From an uncultured Alphaproteobacteria bacterium (lineage in GTDB: Bacteria > Pseudomonadota > Alphaproteobacteria > Rs-D84), in NCBI GenBank assembly GCA_905236005.1, contig CAJONJ010000019.1, forward strand, positions 5,999 through 69,998: a DNA stretch of 64,000 nt, in the 5' to 3' direction. Under the pieces are notes generated by a model. The model was not told where the DNA came from and did not search any database. It saw only the letters and a list, made by a program, of their open reading frames with translations. Below are positions 17,602 through 27,407 of the stretch, piece by piece. Position 1 is the first letter of the stretch. Every line of letters begins with the position of its first letter. A program made the translations under genes and the position numbers.

Positions 17602-18612
17602 TTATTTTTCAAATTCACATTTGATTGGAAAACGTTCTTTTAAAAATTGTTTGTTTTTGTTTAATATTTTTGCAGAATTATTTTTGGAATCGTTTATACA
17701 AAATGTAGCAGATTTTAATATTGCTTTGTGTGCGGGGGTAACATCTGAACAGTAGAAATTAGAATGTCTAGCAATATTCCAGTGTAACAAATTATATATA
17801 AAATATATTATTTTATGTCGTCCGGCTTTAAAGGCTCTGTTCCTGATAAAAATTGCACGTCCCATAACAAAGTCATACAAATTAAAAATCCAACGCTGAA
17901 TTAAATCGTCTGATCTAAATTTACTGTGTATTGCGTTGTGTATTTGTTGTTGTATTTCTGGGTGTTTCGCACATTCAATCATTGAAGATTTTAAATACGG
18001 ATCTATACCATGACATGGGCGATACGAATACAGGTCTTTGCCAAAAATTTGTTCTATTAGTCTGGCAGAATGTAGAATATTTTTTTCATAATTATTAGAT
18101 TCTGCTATCCATTTATCTATGTCTTTCAATCTGTGTTTGACTGTTGTAAATCGCACCTGTGTATGCCCATAGCGATTAAAAAAGAAAGATGGTGATAAAG
18201 GTTTATTAAAAAATGTATCATCATTCATTAAAATAAATTTTTCTGATAAATTTGGAATATTAGGAATACACATCTCAATTGCGGTTGAATGAAATGTAGG
18301 TAAAGCACTGTGCGGTATTATTTGTTCGTGTGGGATAACAGTGATACGTGGATTTTTTGTATTTAACCATTTTGGAATCTGGTTAAATCCAGTTATTATA
18401 TAAATATGATTTACCCAATTTGCACATTCTGCTACTGAACGCAATGAGTATAAAAGTTCACCATTATCACGAAACCGTTCTTTGCCAATCGCCCAGTCGT
18501 AAACAGGTTTGGTTTTATTAACGATTTTATACCATTTGTCTCTTTCGTTCTGCCATTTTTTATCAGAACCGTCCACCCATAAATAAACGATGTCTATTTT
18601 ATCTGGTGTCAT
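17602..18612 (-). CDS. Stealth-family capsular polysaccharide phosphotransferase
   Basis: 336 aa. Stealth CR1 IDIVYLWVDGSDKKW, CR2 ELLYSLRSVAECANWVNHIYIITGFNQIPKWL, CR3 ILMNDDTFFNKPLSPSFFF. Confidence 0.8.
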   Translation of the reverse strand: MTPDKIDIVYLWVDGSDKKWQNERDKWYKIVNKTKPVYDWAIGKERFRDNGELLYSLRSVAECANWVNHIYIITGFNQIPKWLNTKNPRITVIPHEQIIPHSALPTFHSTAIEMCIPNIPNLSEKFILMNDDTFFNKPLSPSFFFNRYGHTQVRFTTVKHRLKDIDKWIAESNNYEKNILHSARLIEQIFGKDLYSYRPCHGIDPYLKSSMIECAKHPEIQQQIHNAIHSKFRSDDLIQRWIFNLYDFVMGRAIFIRNRAFKAGRHKIIYFIYNLLHWNIARHSNFYCSDVTPAHKAILKSATFCINDSKNNSAKILNKNKQFLKERFPIKCEFEK

Positions 18613-18613
18613 T

Positions 18614-19456
18614 TTATACCCCCGATTTTTTGAATTTTGGTGGAATTTTAATAACTCGTTTTATACCAAACATGGCTGGTTTTCGCAGGGCATAAATTGG
18701 GCGAAAATATGTTTGTAAAATGCGTGCGATTTTTAACCATTTGTCAGCAGATGGTTTAATATTTGTGACAGCATTTATTGTTCCGTTACCACGTCTTTGT
18801 AAGTGTTTTAACCAATCATCGCCACGTTTTTTTGCCTTGGTTTCCAGCATTTTCAGGTCTACTGCCCCAAAATGCAAAAGATATAAATTTTTATCTATGT
18901 GAAAATTGTGGTGTTTAATGCTGTGAAATCCGCTGCCCCAATGAATTGGTTTTGTAATAACGATTGGTTTTGTATATCTGGTTGAAAGCAGGGCATATTC
19001 ACGTTGTTCTAAAAACGGTGCAAATAAATCTAGTTCTTTTTCTTGTGCTAAATGTTGACCGATATCTAATCCTAATCCTGACAAAGTTGTGTTTATTTTT
19101 GTATTAGATAAATATTCAGATAATGTTTGTTTTATTTTTGGGTCAACAATTAAAAATTCATCACTGTCGCAACCAATAACAATATCGTATTTTTTTAATA
19201 ATTTATGTGCCAGATTTGTTAATTGTTTAATTCTGTATTTATCGCCAGCAGCGCGTGACATTGGTGTATGTGGTAATTTGGTTATATGTGCCTTACCAGA
19301 ATTTTCTGGAATTTTCTGATCTGTACCATCTAATAAGATATACAGATTTTCTGTGCCAAATTGTTTTCCATAATAAGCAATCCAACGTGATAGAAAGAAT
19401 TCATCATCACGTGCCATAGTTATTGCTGCTATGCGTTTTTGTTTTTTCATAGACAT
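18614..19456 (-). CDS. Glycosyltransferase (GT2-like, Glyco_tranf_2_4 type)
   Basis: 280 aa. IAAITMARDDEFFLSRWIAYYGKQFGTENLYILLDGTDQ and CDSDEF. Its stop lies 1 nt upstream of the Stealth start. Confidence 0.6.
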   Translation of the reverse strand: MSMKKQKRIAAITMARDDEFFLSRWIAYYGKQFGTENLYILLDGTDQKIPENSGKAHITKLPHTPMSRAAGDKYRIKQLTNLAHKLLKKYDIVIGCDSDEFLIVDPKIKQTLSEYLSNTKINTTLSGLGLDIGQHLAQEKELDLFAPFLEQREYALLSTRYTKPIVITKPIHWGSGFHSIKHHNFHIDKNLYLLHFGAVDLKMLETKAKKRGDDWLKHLQRRGNGTINAVTNIKPSADKWLKIARILQTYFRPIYALRKPAMFGIKRVIKIPPKFKKSGV

Positions 19457-19529
19457 ATATTCCTTGGTTGTCTATAATCCTTATTATACAGGTTATATAA
19501 TGCTTTTGCAATAAATGAAAGGATATATA

Positions 19530-20468
19530 ATGAAAGACGTTAAAATATCAGTTGTTATTCCTGTGTATAATGTAGAACATGTTTTAACCCGTTGTTTAGA
19601 GCATGTTGTTCATAATACATATAAAAATTTGGAAATAATCATAGTAGATGATGGCAGTGTTGATAAAACATCTGATATATATTCACGTTATGCAAAGCAA
19701 GATAAACGTATCAAAATTATAAAACAAAAAAATTCTGGTCCAGCAACAGCTAGAAATACTGGTTTAAAAGCAGCAACAGGTGACTATGTTCATTTTTGCG
19801 ACAGTGATGATTATGTAAATTTGGATTATTATGAACGTATGGCTGATGCAGCCCAGACAACAAATGCAGATGTTATTTGTGGCAGTGTTGAAGAACAATA
19901 TTACACTTTTCCACAATATCATGCTGTGAAATTATATACAGATTTGCGTGATAAAATATCTGTGACTCGTGTTTATGATTTTTGTTTTATTTGGCGTTAC
20001 ATATATAATAGAAAATTTTTAAAAGATAATCATTTAGAATTTCCTGCGGGTATGTATGCGTCAGAAGATAATGTGTTTGCAGATTATACGATATATTATG
20101 CTCGTACTGTGGCAACAGCATCTGATGCTGTTTATCACTATGTTTTGGATAATCCGCAGTCACTTAGTAAAAATATGAAAACTATTTTAAAAACTAAAAA
20201 GAATGGTTCTGCCAAAGATTATGATAAATATCTAAGATTTTTGGTGGATACAGGTATGGATAAAATCAAGAAAGATTTACAAGACAATGGGTATGTAGTA
20301 AAGACTACAAAGGCATGTACATTCAGAAGATGTTTTGCATATACTGTTCAATATATGGATGGCAGCAAGAAGTTAGTTATATTCGGTATACCTGTATTTT
20401 ATAGAAAAGTAACCCAAAGAAAGATTAAATATTATTTATTTGGTATGCATTTGTGGTATGTAAAATAG
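19530..20468 (+). CDS. Family 2 glycosyltransferase
   Basis: ISVVIPVYNVEHVLTRCLEHVVHNTYKNLEIIIVDDGSVD and CDSDD. I prefer the ATG at 19530 (AAAGGA RBS 6 nt upstream) over the track start at 19515. Confidence 0.85.
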   Translation: MKDVKISVVIPVYNVEHVLTRCLEHVVHNTYKNLEIIIVDDGSVDKTSDIYSRYAKQDKRIKIIKQKNSGPATARNTGLKAATGDYVHFCDSDDYVNLDYYERMADAAQTTNADVICGSVEEQYYTFPQYHAVKLYTDLRDKISVTRVYDFCFIWRYIYNRKFLKDNHLEFPAGMYASEDNVFADYTIYYARTVATASDAVYHYVLDNPQSLSKNMKTILKTKKNGSAKDYDKYLRFLVDTGMDKIKKDLQDNGYVVKTTKACTFRRCFAYTVQYMDGSKKLVIFGIPVFYRKVTQRKIKYYLFGMHLWYVK

Positions 20469-20475
20469 AAATATT

Positions 20476-20500
20476 AAAAACCGCCTGTACGGCGGTTTTT
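20476..20500. terminator. Bidirectional intrinsic terminator (GT2 / typA convergent pair)
   Basis: AAAAACCGCC-TGTAC-GGCGGTTTTT. Confidence 0.75.
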
Positions 20501-20522
20501 AAGTGTTATATGATTTTTTATC

Positions 20523-22367
20523 TTAATCTGTTTCAACAAAACGATATGCTTTTTTGCGTTTACCACTGTCTAATTCTTTTTTACGTAAACGAATCGTTGC
20601 TGGGGTAACTTCTACCAATTCATCGTCTTGGATATATGCCAGTGCTTCTTCCAAAGACATTTTTCTTGGTGGTGCCAAGAATAATTTTTCATCAGCAGTT
20701 ACACTGCGGACATTGGTTAATTGTTTACCACGAACAGGATTAACTTCTATATCATTTTCTTTGCTGTGTTCGCCAACAATCATACCACTGTAAACTTCAA
20801 CCTGTGGACCAACAAATAATACACCACGTGGTTCCAAATTATGCAGAGCATATGTTGTTGTTGTGCCTGCTTCCATAGATACTAATACACCTGGTCTGTA
20901 TTGGGTGATTGGACCACGATATAAATCATATTTATCAAATACACGGTTCATAATACCTGTGCCACGTGTGTCAGTTCTGAATTCAGACAAATAACCAATC
21001 AAACCACGAGATGGTGCAGAAAATACAATACGTGTTTTACCAATTCCAGATGGTTTCATTTCAGTAATTGTTGCTTTGCGTTTTGTCATTTTTTCAATAA
21101 CAACACCACTGAATTCGTCATCTACGTCGATCACAACTTCTTCAATTGGTTCCAGTTTTTCACCATTTTCATTTGTTTGCATAACAACACGTGGACGAGA
21201 TACAGATAATTCAAATCCTTCACGACGCATTGTTTCAATTAAAATACCAAGTTGTAATTCACCACGACCAGATACTTCAAAAGCTTCATTATTTGCACTT
21301 TGGGTGACACGCAGGGCAATGTTTGTTTCTGCTTCACGAAATAATCTTTCACCAATCATACGTGATGTTAATTTTTTGCCGGATTTACCAGCCAAAGGTG
21401 ATGTATTCACAAAAAATGTCATAGTTAATGTTGGTGGGTCAATTGGCATAGCTGGTATTGGTTCGTTAACAGACGGGTCGCATAATGTATCTGACACAGT
21501 GGCTTTTGAAAAACCCGCTATAACAACGATGTCCCCAGCAGATGCTGAATCACGAGAAACTTTGTTAATACCTTGATGTTCAATAATTTTTGTGATTTTT
21601 GCGTTTTCTATAAATTCGCCCTTCATATTTATGGCTTTTACAGTTTGACCAACACGAACAGAACCTGATTCAATTTTACCAGTTAAAATACGACCAACGT
21701 ATGGATCTGCTTCCAATGTTGTTGCCAACATAGTAAACGGTGCATCAATTTGACATCTGGTTCCATTACAATCAGGGGCAGGGACATGGTCTACAATCAA
21801 TTGAAACAAAGGTGTTAAATCTTTGTTTGGATTATCAATGTCTTTTAAATCACGAATCGCCCAACCGTCACGACCACATGCATACAGATACGGAAAATCA
21901 AGTTGAGAATCTGTTGCACCCAATTTATCAAACAAATCAAAAGTTTCTGTTAAAACTTCTTCGGGTCTGGCATCTCCACGGTCAATTTTATTGATACATA
22001 CAATAGGACGCAAATTTAATTTTAATGCCTTTGATAATACGAATTTAGTTTGGGGCAGTGGGCCTTCTGCACTGTCCACCAACAACACAACACCGTCAAC
22101 CATAGACAAAATACGTTCTACTTCGCCACCAAAATCAGCGTGTCCAGGTGTATCTACAATGTTTATTTTGTATTCACCCCATTGGATAGATGTTGGTTTT
22201 GCAGATATAGTAATTCCACGTTCACGTTCAATATCTCCGCTGTCCATAACACGATCTTCTACGTGTTCGTTTTCACGAAATGTTCCAGCCTGTTTCAACA
22301 TGTTATCAACCAAAGTTGTTTTACCATGGTCAACGTGTGCGATAATCGCAATATTACGAATTTTCAT
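20523..22367 (-). CDS. typA: Translational GTPase TypA/BipA
   Basis: 614 aa. IRNIAIIAHVDHGKTTLVD, DTPGHADFGGEVER, NKIDR. Confidence 0.95.
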   Translation of the reverse strand: MKIRNIAIIAHVDHGKTTLVDNMLKQAGTFRENEHVEDRVMDSGDIERERGITISAKPTSIQWGEYKINIVDTPGHADFGGEVERILSMVDGVVLLVDSAEGPLPQTKFVLSKALKLNLRPIVCINKIDRGDARPEEVLTETFDLFDKLGATDSQLDFPYLYACGRDGWAIRDLKDIDNPNKDLTPLFQLIVDHVPAPDCNGTRCQIDAPFTMLATTLEADPYVGRILTGKIESGSVRVGQTVKAINMKGEFIENAKITKIIEHQGINKVSRDSASAGDIVVIAGFSKATVSDTLCDPSVNEPIPAMPIDPPTLTMTFFVNTSPLAGKSGKKLTSRMIGERLFREAETNIALRVTQSANNEAFEVSGRGELQLGILIETMRREGFELSVSRPRVVMQTNENGEKLEPIEEVVIDVDDEFSGVVIEKMTKRKATITEMKPSGIGKTRIVFSAPSRGLIGYLSEFRTDTRGTGIMNRVFDKYDLYRGPITQYRPGVLVSMEAGTTTTYALHNLEPRGVLFVGPQVEVYSGMIVGEHSKENDIEVNPVRGKQLTNVRSVTADEKLFLAPPRKMSLEEALAYIQDDELVEVTPATIRLRKKELDSGKRKKAYRFVETD

Positions 22368-22464
22368 TTTTTTTGCCTTGTTAATTGTATGTTTTTTGTA
22401 AGTGTATAGGTTAAACTATATTTTTATAATTTCAAGAAGTTTTAATATATTATATTAGAAAAAC

Positions 22465-22488
22465 AAAAATGCCCATTTGGGCATTTTT
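22465..22488 (-). terminator. Intrinsic terminator after serS
   Basis: AAAAATGCCC-ATTT-GGGCATTTTT, a symmetric hairpin 17 nt downstream of the serS stop. Confidence 0.7.
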
Positions 22489-22504
22489 GTTGTATACGGT
22501 GGTT

Positions 22505-23788
22505 TTATTGGTGTTTACCACCAATTTTTATCCGACCATCCATTAATGGTTGTAATTTTTTTGGTATGTTGACTGAACCATCTGCATTTTGATGATTTTC
22601 CATCAGTGGCACCAAAGCACGACCAGCAGCAATACCTGTGTTATTCAATGTTGCAACAAAATCAACTTCATTAGTTGCGTTTTTACGGTATCTGGTGTTT
22701 GTTCTGCGTGCTTGGAATTGACCAATGGTTGAACAAGAACCCAATTCACGATATGCATTTTCGCTTGGCACCCAAGCTTCAACGTCGTTCATTTTTACTT
22801 TGTTGAATCCCATGTCACCAGTAGAATTAGCAATTACACGATATGGTAATTCCAAATCTTCCATGGTTTCACATAAATCATTTAACAACATTTCATGCAT
22901 TTTTTCGCTGTCTTCTGGTTTGCAGAAAATGAATTGTTCAACTTTATTAAATTGATGCACACGAATTAAACCACGTGTATCACGACCAGCAGAACCAGCT
23001 TCTTTTCTGAAACATGGTGAAAAACCAACAAATTTCATTGGCAAAACATTTTCAGATAAAATTTCATCACTGTATAAAGAATTCAGTATGATTTCGGATG
23101 TACCAGCCAGACATCTGTCTGTACCTTCAAGCATAAACACATCATCATTCATAACGGATAAATCAGAACCTGTGAAGTGTCCCGCATTAAATATGACTTG
23201 TGGTTTTGTGATAGACGGACATGCTACAAATTTGAAACCTTTTGCAATCATTTTTTTGATTACATAGGTTTGGACAGCCAATTCTAATTCTGCCAATTCG
23301 CCACATAATGCATACAGCCGGGTTCCACATGTTTTAGCAATTTGTTCAGGCATCCACCAACCGTTCATATCTAACAAATCCCATTGTGGACGTGGTGTAA
23401 AATCAAAAGTACGTGGTGTCCCTATACGGCGGATTTCAACGTTTGCAGATTCGTCAGGTCCGATTGGTGCATCTGGTGTAGGAATTTGTGGCACACTATG
23501 TAACAAATCATTTAATACATTTTCTTTGTCTGCCAATTCAGCCATTTCATTTGCGATTTCTTCACTGATTGCTTTGGATTTAGCAATTAAATCTGCTTTG
23601 TTAGTAGCTGTTGGAATTTCTTTTGAAATTTTATTTTTTTCAGCTGTTTTTGTTTGTGTAATTGTTTTTAATTCACGAACACGTTTATCCAGATTTAAAA
23701 TATCATCAACAACATCTGGATAATTTTTAACCTGACATGCATGTTTAACAATGTCTGGATTTTCACGAATAAATTTTATATCTAACAT
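22505..23788 (-). CDS. serS: Serine--tRNA ligase
   Basis: 427 aa. MLDIKFIRENP start with a coiled-coil arm. Class II motifs (FRKEAGSAGRDTRGLIRVHQFNKVE, TLNNTGIAAGRALVPLMEN). Confidence 0.95.
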   Translation of the reverse strand: MLDIKFIRENPDIVKHACQVKNYPDVVDDILNLDKRVRELKTITQTKTAEKNKISKEIPTATNKADLIAKSKAISEEIANEMAELADKENVLNDLLHSVPQIPTPDAPIGPDESANVEIRRIGTPRTFDFTPRPQWDLLDMNGWWMPEQIAKTCGTRLYALCGELAELELAVQTYVIKKMIAKGFKFVACPSITKPQVIFNAGHFTGSDLSVMNDDVFMLEGTDRCLAGTSEIILNSLYSDEILSENVLPMKFVGFSPCFRKEAGSAGRDTRGLIRVHQFNKVEQFIFCKPEDSEKMHEMLLNDLCETMEDLELPYRVIANSTGDMGFNKVKMNDVEAWVPSENAYRELGSCSTIGQFQARRTNTRYRKNATNEVDFVATLNNTGIAAGRALVPLMENHQNADGSVNIPKKLQPLMDGRIKIGGKHQ

Positions 23789-23809
23789 TTTTTATCCCTG
23801 TTATAATTT

Positions 23810-24706
23810 TTATTCTTTTGAATTTAAATATTGTATTGCATCCATACCAGCACTGCATCCAGTACCAACAGCAGTTGCAATTTGCATTTTGATATTACTT
23901 TTTACGTCGCCTGCAACGAACATGCCGGCTGGCAAAGATTCAGATGCTATACGGCCAATTTCGTCACGTTTAATATCTTCGCTTAAATAATCTGTATTTG
24001 CTTCATGACCAATTGCAACAAATATTCCATCGCATTCAATTTCTTTACCATCAGTTGTTGTTGCAATCAATTTATCTGAATCAGGTTTAGATGTAATAGA
24101 TTTTAATTCTGTATTATAGACACATTCAATATTTTCTTTTTCGTTAATACGGTCACGTAAAACAGCTTCTGCACGAGTGAACGCAGATTTGCGATAAACA
24201 ATTTTAACACTTTTTGCAATATCAGATAAATACAAAGCGTCGTTCAAAGCGGTATTTCCGCCCCCGATAACCAACACATCACGACCTGAATAAAAGAATC
24301 CGTCACAGGTTGCACAGTATGAAACACCACGACCAAAGAATTCTTTGGCACCAGCGATTTCTAACCTGCGTGCAGATGCACCAGTGGCCAGTATCACCGT
24401 TTTAGAATCAAATGTTTTACTATTGTCACAAACAACAGTGTATGTGCCGTCTGCGTTGAATTTTATATCGTTTGCAGATGCAGATTCTGATTTAACACCA
24501 AAACTTTCCGCCTGTTTTTTTATGAACATAATTAATTCCATACCAGAACCAGACCAGCCTGGATAATTTTCTAGTTTAGCGATTTCTGCAGTTTGTCCAC
24601 CAAGAGATGCCCCAGTAACAACCAATGTGTTTTTATTAGCACGTCCACAATATATAGCTGCAGTCCAACCAGCAGGTCCAGAACCTAAGATAATTACATC
24701 ATACAT
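23810..24706 (-). CDS. trxB: Thioredoxin-disulfide reductase
   Basis: 298 aa. IILGSGPAGWTAAIY FAD motif and redox CATCDG. Confidence 0.9.
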   Translation of the reverse strand: MYDVIILGSGPAGWTAAIYCGRANKNTLVVTGASLGGQTAEIAKLENYPGWSGSGMELIMFIKKQAESFGVKSESASANDIKFNADGTYTVVCDNSKTFDSKTVILATGASARRLEIAGAKEFFGRGVSYCATCDGFFYSGRDVLVIGGGNTALNDALYLSDIAKSVKIVYRKSAFTRAEAVLRDRINEKENIECVYNTELKSITSKPDSDKLIATTTDGKEIECDGIFVAIGHEANTDYLSEDIKRDEIGRIASESLPAGMFVAGDVKSNIKMQIATAVGTGCSAGMDAIQYLNSKE

Positions 24707-24785
24707 ATTTTATTTCCTATTATTTATTTGCAACCCAATAATAGTATAAAAAAATACAGCATGCAAACATAAAATGGCTATTTTA

Positions 24786-25286
24786 TTATTTGTTGAAATA
24801 TTTCTTTAATGTTTCGTATGCGGTAGTTATTCTGGTAAATTCAGTAGTGGCGGCTTCTTTATTTTGTGCAGTATCTGGGTGATATTTTTTTGCCAAAGCA
24901 CGATATTTTATACCAACTTCACGCCAAGATGCACTGATTGGTAAACCAAATACCTGTAATGCAGCTGTTATTTGGTTTGGAACAGTCTTTTTGGTTGGTA
25001 TCTTGTCAAATGTGGTACGACCAGTAAGAAAATCGTTCAAAAATTTTACATATTCGTCTTCGTTTTTATTTACTTTATCTTTGTCTTTATCTGCAACACC
25101 AAACGTTTCACGTTCCCATTCGGCATCTATTTCATCTGGAGTCATGTTAGCATAATAATTCCAATTTTTATTGTATTCTGCGGCATGTTCTTTGCAGAAC
25201 CACCAATATTCACGTAAATCACGTGTTTTCGGGGCACGACATGTGCCAGCTTTTGAACATCCAGGATGATCGCATTTTTTTATCAT
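24786..25286 (-). CDS. J-domain protein with N-terminal Cys-rich region
   Basis: 166 aa. C-terminal J domain (ALQVFGLPISASWREVGIKYRALAKKYHPD). N-terminal CDHPGC...C..P....W.C..H. Confidence 0.75.
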   Translation of the reverse strand: MIKKCDHPGCSKAGTCRAPKTRDLREYWWFCKEHAAEYNKNWNYYANMTPDEIDAEWERETFGVADKDKDKVNKNEDEYVKFLNDFLTGRTTFDKIPTKKTVPNQITAALQVFGLPISASWREVGIKYRALAKKYHPDTAQNKEAATTEFTRITTAYETLKKYFNK

Positions 25287-25289
25287 AAT

Positions 25290-26153
25290 TTATATATCCT
25301 TGATTTCATTATGTGCCAGTGGATGTGCTGATTCTACTGTTTTACGTAATTGTTCTGGTAAAACATGGGTGTATATTTGTGTAGTAGAAATGTCTTCGTG
25401 TCCCAGCATCGTTTGTATAACACGCAAATTTGCCCCGCCAGCCAATAAATGTGAAGCAAATGAATGACGCAAGACATGAGGACTGACACGATTTGGTTCT
25501 ATACCTGCTAATACGGCACATTTTTTTAATATTTTAAAAAAGCCGTCTCTGGTTATATGTCCTGTGTTAGAATTAGATGGAAAAATATATTTAGATGGTA
25601 TATCACCACGGTATTCCAGCCATGTGCGTAACGATTTTTGTGCAGATTCATGCATAGGTATTAAACGTTCTTTGGCACCTTTGCCATGAATTAATAATTT
25701 ATCACCCAGGTTTGCAGATAATGGTAATTCGCATAATTCTGATACACGTAAACCAGATGCATATAATAATTCTATCATGCAACGCAAACGAACTGAATTT
25801 TTTGTGTCACCAGCAGAAGATATCAGTAATTCAATTTCTTCAATAGATAAATATTTAGGTAACGCACGTCCCTGTTTAGGTAATTCTAGGTTTGTGGTTG
25901 GGTTTGAGGTTATTATTTTTTCAAGCATCAGAAATTTATAAAAACTTCTTAATGCACTGGATTTACGGGCAATAGAAGACGGTTTTTCATCAAGATTTGA
26001 TAGATAATTTTGAATGTCTTCGTTGGTTGCTTGTAATAAATCACCAATTGTATTTTGTGCTGCTATTAAATCAGAAGAATAGGCTGCCAGGGTTTTTTGA
26101 CTGCGACCTTTTTCTGCCGAAAGAGCTTCTAAAAACATATCTATATAATTCAT
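25290..26153 (-). CDS. xerD: Site-specific tyrosine recombinase XerD (XerC/XerD family)
   Basis: 287 aa. C-terminal catalytic region HVLRHSFASHLLAGGANLRVIQTMLGHEDISTTQIYTHV. The XerD versus XerC assignment is tentative. Confidence 0.85.
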   Translation of the reverse strand: MNYIDMFLEALSAEKGRSQKTLAAYSSDLIAAQNTIGDLLQATNEDIQNYLSNLDEKPSSIARKSSALRSFYKFLMLEKIITSNPTTNLELPKQGRALPKYLSIEEIELLISSAGDTKNSVRLRCMIELLYASGLRVSELCELPLSANLGDKLLIHGKGAKERLIPMHESAQKSLRTWLEYRGDIPSKYIFPSNSNTGHITRDGFFKILKKCAVLAGIEPNRVSPHVLRHSFASHLLAGGANLRVIQTMLGHEDISTTQIYTHVLPEQLRKTVESAHPLAHNEIKDI

Positions 26154-26281
26154 GAGAATAAAACCGTTTCTGTAAATTCAGTATGTGGTGTAAATGAAAT
26201 GATCATCAATAACACCATAATAATTACGATTATCCAAAATAAATACTTTTTTTTGTTTTTCTTTTTTTTATAAAAAGACAT
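26150..26281 (-). CDS. Small (43-aa) single-pass membrane protein; not in the ORF track
   Basis: Own translation: MSFYKKKKNKKKYLFWIIVIIMVLLMIISFTPHTEFTETVLFS. AAGGAA RBS 7 nt upstream. Its TGA overlaps the xerD ATG (ATGA). It starts 10 nt after the lptF/G stop. Confidence 0.4.
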   Translation of the reverse strand: MSFYKKKKNKKKYLFWIIVIIMVLLMIISFTPHTEFTETVLFS

Positions 26282-26291
26282 TATTTTTTCC

Positions 26292-27395
26292 TTAAATTGT
26301 ATCAAAACTTGTTATAAACATGCATGCTCCTGCAATAATTATAATTTGAGGGGCGACAATCGCAAGTATTGGTGGTAACACACCGGTCGTTCCCAAAGCA
26401 TTAAATAAATTAGTAATAAAATATAATGCAAAGCATGTTAATATGCCTAAACTGAATTTTAAGCCAAAGCTGTAATTTCTACGTTGTTTGGTTTGTGCAA
26501 AAGCCATACCTAAAATTACCATAGCCATCATTGTCAAAGGCAAAAATAATAAAGTCCAAAACTGAACCATGTGCCCACGTGTCATGACACCTATGGCATT
26601 CATTTTACGTATAAAACCGGGTAATTTCCAAAATGATATTTGATCTGGTTTTAAATATCTGTCTAGTACCGTTTGAGGTGTTAATTTTGTATGAATGTGT
26701 TTAGTTGTTTTTGTGGTTACACCATCTGAATTAATGGCGTTTGCATTTGGTATATATAATCCATCATAAGATAGTGTTGCTTGTTGTGCGGAGATTCGTT
26801 CCTGTAACTGAAAATTTTTATTTTGTAAAAATATATTTACATTATTGAAAATAATATTTTTATCACCAGAAACATTTATGTTTGTGGCACGCACAGTTAA
26901 AAAGCCATTATCTGATGCTTCACGTAACCAAACAGAATCGTCTATCAATTTCAATTGGTGTTCTGTTAAATTACGGGTGGTTAGATTTACAGAATAGGGG
27001 TTTAAAACGGTGGCTGCCACAGTGCCAATTAAAAACGCACCAATTAAAAATGGTTTTGTGATTTGGTACGGGGACAAGCCTGCACCTGAGATAATAATCA
27101 TTTCTGATGATTTGGTTAGATTATAAGATACGACCAACGTTCCCATAAATACAGCCAAAGGTAAAAACATGGGGATGTATTCTAATAATCTGGTCCAAGC
27201 ATCAAATAAAGTGGTTATTGCATCTGGATTAGATGACAGTCGTTCTACAAAAGTAACAGCAAAAATAATCCCGCATACTGTTAAAGTAACAAGGAAAAAG
27301 CTGCCAAAAAAACGACGCAACAGGAATCTTGTCAAAACATTTGGTAAAAATCTATACATAATATATAGTATAATAGTTTCAAACAATAATTGCAA
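26292..27395 (-). CDS. LPS export ABC transporter permease, LptF/LptG (YjgP/YjgQ) family
   Basis: 367 aa with 6 TM segments and a large periplasmic loop. The track start is a TTG at 27395. The first ATG is at 27359 (MYRFLPNV...), so the start is uncertain. Confidence 0.8.
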   Translation of the reverse strand: MQLLFETIILYIMYRFLPNVLTRFLLRRFFGSFFLVTLTVCGIIFAVTFVERLSSNPDAITTLFDAWTRLLEYIPMFLPLAVFMGTLVVSYNLTKSSEMIIISGAGLSPYQITKPFLIGAFLIGTVAATVLNPYSVNLTTRNLTEHQLKLIDDSVWLREASDNGFLTVRATNINVSGDKNIIFNNVNIFLQNKNFQLQERISAQQATLSYDGLYIPNANAINSDGVTTKTTKHIHTKLTPQTVLDRYLKPDQISFWKLPGFIRKMNAIGVMTRGHMVQFWTLLFLPLTMMAMVILGMAFAQTKQRRNYSFGLKFSLGILTCFALYFITNLFNALGTTGVLPPILAIVAPQIIIIAGACMFITSFDTI

Positions 27396-27407
27396 AATTA
27401 AATTTTA

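Noticed and set aside
12974-20468. Calling the glycosyltransferase island a mobile element or genomic island
   Set aside because: No integrase, transposase, tRNA attachment site or flanking direct repeats are visible. The only recombinase in the window (xerD, 25290-26153) is the housekeeping dimer-resolution enzyme 5 kb away. The region is therefore reported as a locus, not a mobile element.
20554-22409. Long plus-strand ORFs opposite typA (20554-20793, 21076-21576, 21740-21994, 21991-22401, 22050-22409)
   Set aside because: They are antisense shadows of a highly conserved GTPase gene with Ser/Thr/Ile-rich translations. There is no independent start context.
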